Shown piece by piece: positions 8,101 through 14,851 of a stretch of DNA of 24,685 bases (positions are counted from its first letter, which is position 1; every line of letters begins with the position of its first letter). The notes under the pieces were generated by a model. It did not search any database and was not told the DNA's origin. It saw only the letters and a program-made list of their open reading frames with translations. The translations under genes were made by a program, and so were the position numbers. The DNA comes from a bacterium (GTDB lineage Bacteria; Hydrothermota; Tepidihabitantia; Tepidihabitantales; Tepidihabitantaceae), in the NCBI GenBank assembly GCA_046485285.1, contig JAWOHE010000087.1:1-24685 (forward strand), read 5' to 3'.

Positions 8101-10809
8101 CGCCACCCTTTCGTCCTTGGGCTCGCTCAGCCAGCCGTACCGGCCGCCGGTCTGGGCCTTGCGCGCGGACAGCCAGACCCGGCGAAAGACGGTCACGCTC
8201 AGGCTCTGCCCGGGCTGCGCGGTGCCGTCAGGGCCGGCCGCGACGATGCGGAACGAAGCGGAATCGCCGACCACCACGAACGGGTCAGCGACCTTGACCC
8301 CGGCGTGGAACTCCGCCCGGTGCAGCAGCCACGACCCGCGGCCGGCGATACTCCGCTCGTCCCGGGTGGTGACCTCGGCCTCGAGGTTGACACGATAGTC
8401 GGACAGCCCGGCGCCCGGGTTCAGCCGCGCCCGCACCGCCAGCCGGCCGGCCTCGTCGAGCCGGCCGCTGCCCGAGGCCAGTTGGCGGTACTCATCCCGC
8501 CAGTCCTCGATTGCCGGCCCCCATTCGTAACCATCCCAGCCGGGTGGCTCGTGCCGGGTCGGGCTCAGGCTCACCGACCAGCTCACCCGCTCGCCGCCCA
8601 TCGCCGCGCCGAACAGGTACCTGGCCTCGACCGTGCCGGCCAGTTCGTCACCGGCGATGTACTCCTTCTGCCCGGACTCGACCCGGACATCGAACTCGGC
8701 CGGCCGGTAGGCCTCGACCCGGAACGAACCGTGGAACTCATCCTCGCCGAACTCGCAGAGCACCGAGTAGGAGCCCGAGACCGCGTCCGGCCGCAGCGGC
8801 ACCGAAAGGTCAAAGCCGCCGAACTCGCCGAGCGTCACCTCCCGGGCCGCGACCTCGTCCCCGCGCGAGTCGCACACCCGCACCCGCCCGCGCCGCGTCA
8901 CGGGCAGGACCCAACGCCCCAGCCGCCGCGACCGGACCATCCCCTTGACCCGGACCGTGTCGCCCGCGCGGTAAAGCCCCTTCTCGGTGAACAGGAACGC
9001 CCGGGGCCGGGTCGGGTCCGGGTTCCAGTCATGGTTCACCCCGAACTCCCAGGGCCCGATGCCGGTGCCCCAGTCCGAATGCACGAAGGCCTCGCCCGCC
9101 TCGCCCCGGCAGAACAGCCACAGCCGCGGGCTCGACCACTCGTTCCTTGACTTCACGCCCAGCGCCTGCCAGCCGGGCAGCAGCGCCATCCCGTCCGGCC
9201 CGGTCCGGCCCTGCCAGACCAGCCGGTTCTCGTCGTCGCGCAGCTCGAGCGCGGCGCCCGCGACCGGGCTCGCGTCGCCCAGCCGGGTCACCAGCGCCAG
9301 CCCGTTCTCGGGCGAGAACTTGCCGGTCAGCCCGTACGGTGTCACCTGCAGGAACGCCCGCGAGAATCGGGAATGCCGTCTCACCTGCTCGTACCCGTCA
9401 AGCTCGACGAACAGGAAGCCGGACCGCGCGCCGCCGAGCCCGGGCTCGAGCCGGATCGGCATCAGCGCCCGCTGGTTCCACTCCAGCCCCGGCCGCCAGG
9501 CACGGGCGTGCCGGAAGAACCCGGCCCGCTGCCACGGCCGGACGCTGTCGTCGTCCCGCTCGTAGGCCGCGCGCCAGAACGGCGCCACCTCGGCCGGCTC
9601 GAGCCGACGCATCCGAATCGCGAGGCTGTCGATGTTGACCAGCCGCACCGGGTAGAGCAGTTCGCCCTCGCTCTCGACGACACCCGGGCCGGTCAGCATT
9701 GTAAACGACGGCCGGTAGGACACCGTCCGGAGGTCGAAAGTCACGTCCCGGCCCAGCCGGTTGCCGTATACGTCCTTCAGCCACTTCGACAACCGGACCC
9801 GGTAGCGCGTCTCGGGTGCGAGCCCGAGCGCGAACGACGGCTCCTCGCTCACCCAGTCCCGCCGGCGATAGCGCGCCGGGAACTCCACGGCCGGCGTGAA
9901 CAGAACATTGTCCGCGACCTCGCTCAACTGCACCGGGTTCGAGAACCAGAACGTAAGCTCGTCCTCCGGGTGCAGCCCGTCGGCGTCTGCCGCGCCCTCG
10001 AACCGAAAGCGGTTGAAGGTCCGGAACTCGATGACCCGCTCCTGTGCCATGCCGAGATTGCCCTCCCGGGCCGCGAGCCCGGCCTCCAGCACCAGCCGGT
10101 AGCTCGTCTCGATCCGCAGCCGCCCGACCGGCTCGACGACCAGTATCCGCGCCGAGTCCTCGTCCGAGTACCACCACTCGTCCGGCTTCAGCCCGGGCCG
10201 GGGCCGGCTCACCCGCACCCGCCGGCCCGCCCCGCCGTCCTCGACCAGCCGGATGTGGTGGGCCGCCCGGCGCGGGTCCATCGGCAGGTTGAACCGCAGC
10301 AGAATCGGTACCTCGAGCCCGACCATCCGGCTCCCGTGCCACGGGCTTGAGTGCTCCAGCCGGGGCCGGACCGTGCTGAACGAAAACTCGTAGTCCTCCT
10401 TCAGCATCGAGCCCTCGAGCGACCGCACCCCGCGCGGCACCCGGACCCGGAACTCCGTAGCCGGTGTCAGCGGCACTGCCGGCCGGAACACGATGATCCG
10501 GTTGCCCAGCCAGTGGCAGGAACCGGGCAGGTCCGGCTCCAGCAGCAGCGGGAAGTCAACCGGGTCCGCGACCGCGCCCGGCTCAACCATCGGCTCGGAG
10601 AATGTCACCAGCACCTCGTCCGACTCAACCTTGCTCTCGACCTCACCGACCGGCGTCGCCGCGGTGACCCTGAGCGTGTCGGCCGCGGCCAGCTCCGCCT
10701 CGGTGAACACCGGCATCGCAACATTGCGCGGACTCGGGGGCGGTGCCGCCGGCCGGCAGGCGCAGGCAAGCTGGCTCAGCAGTGACAGGGACGTCAACAG
10801 GTAGCGCAA
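5161..10809 (-). CDS. Bacterial alpha-2-macroglobulin family lipoprotein with extra N-terminal Ig-like domains
   Basis: 1882 aa with lipoprotein-like signal (..LACAC), TEKGLYRAGD MG2 motif, LPDNLTTW, thioester motif CLEQ (6601-6612), WRTTQEN, DPLPAGFE and EEMYAPE. TTG start with SD GAGGAGG. Confidence 0.95.
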   Translation of the reverse strand: MRYLLTSLSLLSQLACACRPAAPPPSPRNVAMPVFTEAELAAADTLRVTAATPVGEVESKVESDEVLVTFSEPMVEPGAVADPVDFPLLLEPDLPGSCHWLGNRIIVFRPAVPLTPATEFRVRVPRGVRSLEGSMLKEDYEFSFSTVRPRLEHSSPWHGSRMVGLEVPILLRFNLPMDPRRAAHHIRLVEDGGAGRRVRVSRPRPGLKPDEWWYSDEDSARILVVEPVGRLRIETSYRLVLEAGLAAREGNLGMAQERVIEFRTFNRFRFEGAADADGLHPEDELTFWFSNPVQLSEVADNVLFTPAVEFPARYRRRDWVSEEPSFALGLAPETRYRVRLSKWLKDVYGNRLGRDVTFDLRTVSYRPSFTMLTGPGVVESEGELLYPVRLVNIDSLAIRMRRLEPAEVAPFWRAAYERDDDSVRPWQRAGFFRHARAWRPGLEWNQRALMPIRLEPGLGGARSGFLFVELDGYEQVRRHSRFSRAFLQVTPYGLTGKFSPENGLALVTRLGDASPVAGAALELRDDENRLVWQGRTGPDGMALLPGWQALGVKSRNEWSSPRLWLFCRGEAGEAFVHSDWGTGIGPWEFGVNHDWNPDPTRPRAFLFTEKGLYRAGDTVRVKGMVRSRRLGRWVLPVTRRGRVRVCDSRGDEVAAREVTLGEFGGFDLSVPLRPDAVSGSYSVLCEFGEDEFHGSFRVEAYRPAEFDVRVESGQKEYIAGDELAGTVEARYLFGAAMGGERVSWSVSLSPTRHEPPGWDGYEWGPAIEDWRDEYRQLASGSGRLDEAGRLAVRARLNPGAGLSDYRVNLEAEVTTRDERSIAGRGSWLLHRAEFHAGVKVADPFVVVGDSASFRIVAAGPDGTAQPGQSLSVTVFRRVWLSARKAQTGGRYGWLSEPKDERVASFRVRTGIEPVQRSFRPDRPGYYWLRVEGQDRRRNPVRTDANFWVAGPGEASWLMKDDDLLELVRDRPSYRPGDTARILVKSPWQNVRALVTIEREHVLDRFMVDIKGNADYVRVPVREEYLPNAFVSVMLFKGRTADAGFGEEGQDLGKPAFRVGYVELPVEAESRRLRVKLGTGRDEYEPGDTVELDIEVRHRDGGPARAEVVVAVVDLGVLRLIGFETPDPFAVFYAPRWLSVATVESRLHVVGQRNYGQKGGAAGDGEVRGASTGAAGEQFGGRFREKFLETALWLPAVRTGADGRARVRVVLPDNLTTWQAMAVAATVEEFGSGEARFRANKPLLLAPSLPRFMRPGDEFRAGVMVHNRTGRELEVEVRARGSGAAVIGSQASRRVSVRPGEPVELVFDWRCEGDGPAEVSFEAAAGSYRDALRLPLPVRNPLLVEAVALFESSEDSLVTQWLSVPADALPGVGGLEITAASSGLAGLERGLEYLRTYPYECLEQRLSKVLPFVAGEELINEFGLSDLRGAELRKFVQGELDQVGRYQDQAGGFRFWAGEGYRGQASPYLSAYCLYVLGRAREAGYPVDAKVAALGRAWLLNWLSYSKPGGDWPYSADERLATRALALHALSLWDADAAGQLNLLVESIDQLSTFGKACLLKALARAGAREAANRVASALLNKVKLSPTTAHFEEATEGGWVWHSNVRTTAAVLEALLSARGGFEHAEKVARWLLSERRAGRWRTTQENAYVFDALAAYYRAYEKVTPDFALTVRLEGREALAAVFRGRALSSRRAFLPMAGLKPGRSAVELDKRGPGRLYYGLRLSYAPTGELKPRSEGFRVEKTIRPAEGRQAGYRRGQSYLVTLTVNTDQERLYVVLDDPLPAGFEIVNTSFATESRALAERLGEARQADASPWQGGFDHEEAYDDRYVLFATSLARGTHTKTYLMKALTPGRFLAPPVKVEEMYAPEVFGYTGQQVIEVE

Positions 10810-10852
10810 GGGTCCTCCTCGTTACGGGACACACGCATCGGCCATACACCCG

Positions 10853-10880
10853 AGTATTGCCGGGCCGCGTCGGCTGTCAA
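10853..10880 (-). promoter_or_regulatory. Proximal sigma70-like promoter of the A2M-pbpC operon
   Basis: TTGACA-16 bp-AATACT on the minus strand. Confidence 0.55.
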
Positions 10881-10997
10881 GCGCCGAATCGCCGGCCGCA
10901 CGCCCGCGGACAGCGCGCACGCCACGGCCCGGTTGTCGGGTTGGCGAAATCCGCCTCTCGGCGATGCTCCGGTCATCAAACGCTGCCTCGCTTTCCT

Positions 10998-11025
10998 ATG
11001 CTACTCCCGACCCCGATTCTGTCAA
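10998..11025 (-). promoter_or_regulatory. Distal sigma70-like promoter pointing toward A2M
   Basis: TTGACA-16 bp-TAGCAT on the minus strand. Confidence 0.6.
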
Positions 11026-11083
11026 TGGCGGCCTCCGGCCCTCGAAACACGGAGACGCCTTGGTGCCTCGGTGCCCGACTCCT

Positions 11084-11118
11084 CTCCGACAACTGACACT
11101 CGACAATCGGCAATCAGT
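11084..11118. repeat. Degenerate 7-bp tandem repeat (5 units)
   Basis: ctccgac aactgac actcgac aatcggc aatcagt. Confidence 0.5.
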
Positions 11119-11125
11119 AACCCCG

Positions 11126-11155
11126 TTGACATCCCGCCCCTTTTCGTCCTACAAT
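11126..11155 (+). promoter_or_regulatory. sigma70-like promoter, leaderless configuration
   Basis: TTGACA-18 bp-TACAAT, with ATG 11162 6 nt downstream and no SD. Confidence 0.65.
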
Positions 11156-11161
11156 ACCCCG

Positions 11162-11632
11162 ATGAAGTCAGGCCGCCGCGCACTGCTCGCCCTGCTCCTC
11201 GGCCTTTCCTGCGCCTGGCCCGACACGTCGGTCCCGATCGGTGACCTCCTCGACGCCCCGACCAGTCTCGCGGTCAGCGGTCGAACCCTTCTCCTCTTCG
11301 CCGACATGTCGCGCGACTTCATGCCCGGTGCGAACCCGCCCGAGGGCAGCGACCTCGGGCTCTACGTCCAGGTCTGGTCCGCGGACAGCCTCCCTGTCCT
11401 GCTCGAGGCCGACCGGGCCTGGGTCATCCGGCGCTCATCCCGGCAGGCCTGGGAGACCGAACTCTGGCGCATCAACGACTGGAACCCCTGCGGCTTCGTG
11501 CGCGGCTCGGCCGGTGGCGGCCCGAAATGGGAAACCGGCATCCGCTGTGATGTCGTCGTCCGGCTGAGGGACACCGCCTGCAACACGTGGCTGCTCCGTG
11601 CGCCGGACGTCGAGATAGTCATGACCCTGTAA
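11162..11632 (+). CDS. Hypothetical exported protein, probable lipoprotein
   Basis: MKSGRRALLALLLGLSC has a basic N-terminus, a hydrophobic core and a Cys (imperfect lipobox). Coding-like GC3 begins at 11162, so the ORF-track start at 10964 is rejected. Confidence 0.75.
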   Translation: MKSGRRALLALLLGLSCAWPDTSVPIGDLLDAPTSLAVSGRTLLLFADMSRDFMPGANPPEGSDLGLYVQVWSADSLPVLLEADRAWVIRRSSRQAWETELWRINDWNPCGFVRGSAGGGPKWETGIRCDVVVRLRDTACNTWLLRAPDVEIVMTL

Positions 11633-11773
11633 CCCGCCCGAACCGACGTCACCACACCGCCACCACCTGTGTCCACCCGCGGTCAGTTCCCCTCGGCCCG
11701 TCAACTCAACCTGCGGCCGCAAGGCCCCTGCGACAGACTCGAAGCAAGCTCCACGGAGAAATCCCTCTCCGGC

Positions 11774-11806
11774 CCTTCTCCCTTCACTCTTCTCACTTCT
11801 CCTTCA
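11774..11806. repeat. Pyrimidine-rich 7-bp tandem repeat (4 units plus a partial)
   Basis: ccttctc ccttcac tcttctc acttctc cttca. Confidence 0.55.
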
Positions 11807-12046
11807 GGGGTATGCCCCCTCCCCGACTTCGTGTCTGACCCTCCCTCCGCGTCGGCGCTCGGCTCACGCCTGTCAGATGCCGTTGGGCTGGAAGCCTAAC
11901 GCCGAATCGTCAGTCAGCGGAGAACGAAACCGGCCGCGTCCTCCCAACTCAACCGATTGCAGGCTCTTGCCGAGACCAGTCGAGTGTGGTCATCGAGAGC
12001 CGGACCGCCGAGGGGTGCACTGTCCGGTGGACATCCGGGCAAAACA

Positions 12047-12250
12047 GCTACCGGGGTGCTTATCCGGGCGCCTGTCCTGAGCGCCATTAGGGCGGCCTGC
12101 CCGGGGCACCAGCCAGTCGCCAGCCCGGGAACCGGCCAAGCATCTCTCCTGGGCGCCCTCCGAGTGCCCTGCCAAGCCGCTGGCCCGGCGCCTGCCCTAG
12201 GCGCTGGCCGGGCCACCTGCCGGGCGCCCTGCCGGAGCGCTCGCGGAGGG
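12047..12250. repeat. Degenerate 12-bp-period array (about 17 units), module 1
   Basis: In-register units such as cttatccgggcg, gcctgcccgggg, gccagcccggga, gctggcccggcg, gctggccgggcc and acctgccgggcg. Most units have CC at positions 6-7 and G at position 10. Confidence 0.6.
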
Positions 12251-12270
12251 CGGCTGGGTATGCGGGCGGC

Positions 12271-12334
12271 GGGCGGGCAGTCGCGCTGGACAGCCCGGCA
12301 GGAAGTGCCCTTGTCCGCGGAATCCGAAGAGCTC
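12271..12334 (+). repeat. 64-bp direct repeat, copy 1
   Basis: Ungapped manual alignment to 12677-12740 gives 50/64 identities. Confidence 0.85.
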
Positions 12335-12440
12335 GCGCCCCGGGCGCAATCTGGCTCAGGGGGGACGCGCCGGGACCGGCGGAGTCGGGTCCGTTGAGCT
12401 AAATCACCGTGGGGACTGCGGGTTGCACGTTGGCAGCAGC

Positions 12441-12656
12441 GCTCCGGGGGGTATACCCGGGGATATCCCCGGGACGGTTCCGGGGGCCGCTCCGGGGACC
12501 GCCCGGGAGGCCGCTCCCGGGGCCGTCCGGGGAACCGCTCCTGGGGATATCCCCGGGACGGTTCCGGGGGCCGCCCCGGGGACCGTCCCGGGAGACGTCC
12601 CGGAGGCCGCCCCCGGGACCGCTAGGGGAGGCGTCCCCGGGGCCGCTAGGGGAAGG
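12441..12656. repeat. 12-bp tandem array (18 units, consensus near GYYCCSGGGRCC), module 2
   Basis: gctccggggggt atacccggggat atccccgggacg gttccgggggcc gctccggggacc ... gctaggggaagg. An exact 32-bp block at 12459-12490 recurs at 12543-12574 (84 bp, or 7 units, apart). Confidence 0.92.
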
Positions 12657-12676
12657 CAGGTGGGGGTGGGCCCCCC

Positions 12677-12740
12677 GGGTGGGCAGTGGCGGTTGACAGC
12701 CCGGCAGGTGGTGCCCGGGTGTGCGGAATCAGACGCCCTC
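12677..12740 (+). repeat. 64-bp direct repeat, copy 2
   Basis: Lies 406 bp downstream of copy 1 and shares GACAGCCCGGCAGG and GCGGAATC exactly. Confidence 0.85.
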
Positions 12741-12795
12741 CGCATCTCGCCAGGTTGGCCGGGGAGCCGGGCAGCCGCAATGCCTGCCCGACGTC

Positions 12796-12823
12796 TTGAC
12801 CGCTGTCAGGACCGGGCTACAAT
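12796..12823 (+). promoter_or_regulatory. sigma70-like promoter
   Basis: TTGACC-16 bp-TACAAT. Confidence 0.7.
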
Positions 12824-12851
12824 GTCGGCAATGGCTAACCTCGGAGGCAAG

Positions 12852-14291
12852 ATGACCCGGTATGCCGTCCTCGCAATGCTAGGCCTGCTGCTCGCCGCGG
12901 GCGCCGCCCCGGCGCACGCCATAATGATCCAGTCGCACGAGATCCCGCTGGTGATCGACACCTGGGGCCGCTTCAAGCAGAACCAGAGCGTCTTCATGTG
13001 GACGCCGTTCGACTCGCTCCGCGAGCACTGGGACCTGACCGGCTACCAGAGCGGCAACTTCGCCCGCGTCGGCCTGCGCGCCGCGAGCCAGGGCCGGCCG
13101 CCCGCGCCGGACTCGATGGCGGTCGACCCGCCGAGCCCGGACATCTGCGAGATGGACACGCTCGGCAGCGGCACCGAGCAGTGGGTGTTCCTCTACAAGA
13201 ACTCGCTCGGACTCTGGATCGACGGCATCGACTTGACCATCGACGTCTACCGTTTCATCGGCAACTACCGGCCCGACCAGCAGGTTTATAACACCCCGGT
13301 CTACCGCGGCGGGAGCTGGATGACCGCGATTTCCTGGACCTACGAGATAATCCCCGGCTTCCCCTACACCGCGAGCGAACAGCATGTCAAGCGTGTCGTC
13401 GCCAAGGGCAAGGTCAAGGTCACGCTCTCGGGTGAGTACTACTGGCCCTGCCTCGTGGTCCGCGACTATATGGTCTATACCGACAATCTCAACACAAACG
13501 ACCGCCGCTGGATCTACGAGTGGCTGGTGCCCGGCCACTTCCTCGGCGCGAACGGCGTCGCGGCGGCGATGAGCCAGAACGGCGCGTCCGAGAACTTCAT
13601 CAACGTCGAGCAGTTCTTCCAGATGGAGCGCTGTTCGATACCGGGCTGGGATGTCATACCGCCGGCGTTCGCCGACCCGGTCGTGCTCGGCGACACCTCC
13701 GACGCCGGGCCGTTCGTTGTCTCGACGCGAGTGATCGACAACGTCGCGGTCGGCCTCGACTCACTCTGCTACCGTGTCGACGAGGGCGAGTGGCAGGCGG
13801 TCGGCTCCGACTCGGCGGTCTCCGGCCGCTACTTCTACACGATTCCGGCGGTGGCCGGGCCGGCCCGGATCGACTACTACTACTGGGCGATGGACGCATT
13901 CTCGGCCGCGGAAAGCATGGAGTTCTGGACGACCTGGCCGGTCTGCTCGCCCGAGAGCACGATGGTCAGCTTCAATGTGACGTCGGTCGGGACCAGCGAG
14001 GCGGGCCGGGCCGCGGCCGGCTTCGCGGTCCGCGTCGCCCCGAACCCTTCCGCGGGCCGGACCCGGTTCGCGGTGAGCCTGCCCGGCGCCGGGCCGGCCG
14101 AGCTCAGGCTCTACTCGACCGCGGGCCGGCTCGTCCGCAGTTTCACGCTCTACCCGGACCGCCGGGGCGGCTGCGAGGTCGCCTGGGACGGCACCGACTT
14201 CAAGGGCCGCCGGCTGCCGGCCGGCACCTACGCCTGGCGCCTCGAAGGCGGCTGGGACGAGGCGACCGGCAAGCTCGTCCTCGAGCGCTGA
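12852..14291 (+). CDS. Secreted protein with an internal Ig-like domain and a C-terminal FlgD-Ig / T9SS-type-A-like domain
   Basis: SD GGAGG at 12843, then signal peptide MTRYAVLAMLGLLLAAGAAPAHA. The tail is PNPSAG..LRLYSTAGRLVR..VAWDGTDFKGRRLPAGTY..GKLVLER. An alternative in-frame ATG is at 12831. Confidence 0.85.
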   Translation: MTRYAVLAMLGLLLAAGAAPAHAIMIQSHEIPLVIDTWGRFKQNQSVFMWTPFDSLREHWDLTGYQSGNFARVGLRAASQGRPPAPDSMAVDPPSPDICEMDTLGSGTEQWVFLYKNSLGLWIDGIDLTIDVYRFIGNYRPDQQVYNTPVYRGGSWMTAISWTYEIIPGFPYTASEQHVKRVVAKGKVKVTLSGEYYWPCLVVRDYMVYTDNLNTNDRRWIYEWLVPGHFLGANGVAAAMSQNGASENFINVEQFFQMERCSIPGWDVIPPAFADPVVLGDTSDAGPFVVSTRVIDNVAVGLDSLCYRVDEGEWQAVGSDSAVSGRYFYTIPAVAGPARIDYYYWAMDAFSAAESMEFWTTWPVCSPESTMVSFNVTSVGTSEAGRAAAGFAVRVAPNPSAGRTRFAVSLPGAGPAELRLYSTAGRLVRSFTLYPDRRGGCEVAWDGTDFKGRRLPAGTYAWRLEGGWDEATGKLVLER

Positions 14292-14302
14292 GCGGGGACG
14301 GG

Positions 14303-14785
14303 ATGGAACTCCGGACCGTCGCCATCGTGAACCCGGATGGGCTCAACTTCGTCCTCGGCCAGGCCCACTTCATCAAGACCGTCGAGGACCTGTTCGAGCT
14401 GCTCGCCGGGTCCGCGCCGGGCGGGAAGTTCGGCATCGCCTTCTGCGAGGCCTCCGGGCCGTGCCTCGTCCGCCGCGCCGGCAACGACCCGGCGCTCGAG
14501 GAACTGGCGGTGAAGAACGCCCTCGCGCTCGGCTGCGGCCACAGCTTCATCGTCTTCCTCCGCGACCTCTACCCGCTCAACTTCCTGCCCGCGCTCCGGG
14601 CCGTGCCCGAGGTCTGCACCGTCTTCTGCGCGAGCGCGAACCCGGTCGCGGTCGTCGTTGCCGAGGACGGAACGGGCCGCGGCATCCTCGGGGTGATTGA
14701 CGGCGAACGGCCGAAGGGCATCGAGACCGAAGCGGACGTCGCCGAGCGCCGGGCGTTCCTGCGCCGCATCGGCTACAAGCAGTAG
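14303..14785 (+). CDS. Adenosine-specific kinase family protein (COG1839/DUF355-like)
   Basis: NFVLGQAHFIKTVEDL, FGIAFCEASGPCLVR, GHSF, VPEVCTVFCASANP, GRGILGVIDG, FLRRIGYK. The real start is ATG 14303. Confidence 0.9.
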   Translation: MELRTVAIVNPDGLNFVLGQAHFIKTVEDLFELLAGSAPGGKFGIAFCEASGPCLVRRAGNDPALEELAVKNALALGCGHSFIVFLRDLYPLNFLPALRAVPEVCTVFCASANPVAVVVAEDGTGRGILGVIDGERPKGIETEADVAERRAFLRRIGYKQ

Positions 14786-14815
14786 CGCGGCCGCGAGGGC
14801 GAGCGCCCGGCCGGC

Positions 14816-14843
14816 TTGACGGCTGCTCCGCGCGGGCTAGAAT
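14816..14843 (+). promoter_or_regulatory. sigma70-like promoter, leaderless or near-leaderless
   Basis: TTGACG-16 bp-TAGAAT, with GTG 14852 8 nt downstream and no SD. Confidence 0.7.
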
Positions 14844-14851
14844 GACCGCTC

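Noticed and set aside
7015..9150. Long antisense or alternate-frame ORFs (711 aa here; also 4693-5916, 14842-16023, the 5' parts of 13520-14785, 17128-18792 and 19614-21638, and 22577-23449)
   Set aside because: These are shadow ORFs expected from high GC3 codon bias. They are Arg/Pro/Gly-rich, lack motifs and overlap well-supported genes.
10940..11045. Fragments resembling fluoride (GGCGATG), c-di-GMP-I (GCCTCCGGCC) or yybP (GGGAGTAGC) riboswitches
   Set aside because: Only isolated short words match. The other conserved elements and pairings are missing.
10964..11161. Upstream extension of the lipoprotein ORF
   Set aside because: It runs through two promoters and heptamer repeats, and the signal peptide starts at 11162.
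11882..11900. GTTGGGC / GCCTAAC resembling integron attC core sites
   Set aside because: The two cores are only 5 nt apart and in the wrong order for an attC. No partner site or integron integrase was seen.
11957..12397. 146-aa ORF spanning repeat module 1
   Set aside because: TTG start without a clear SD, low-complexity product, atypical codon usage, and no synonymous bias relative to module 2.
12693..12698. TTGACA inside the second 64-bp repeat
   Set aside because: No -10 element at 16-18 bp, and copy 1 has TGGACA.
12047..12740. Possible CRISPR array
   Set aside because: The units are contiguous 12-mers with no unique spacers, and there are no cas genes in the window.
12423..12851. ORF-track N-terminal extension adding xPGx repeats to the secreted protein (622 aa)
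   Set aside because: A good promoter (12796-12823), SD and signal peptide lie downstream of it. The GC-rich array lacks stop codons in several frames anyway.
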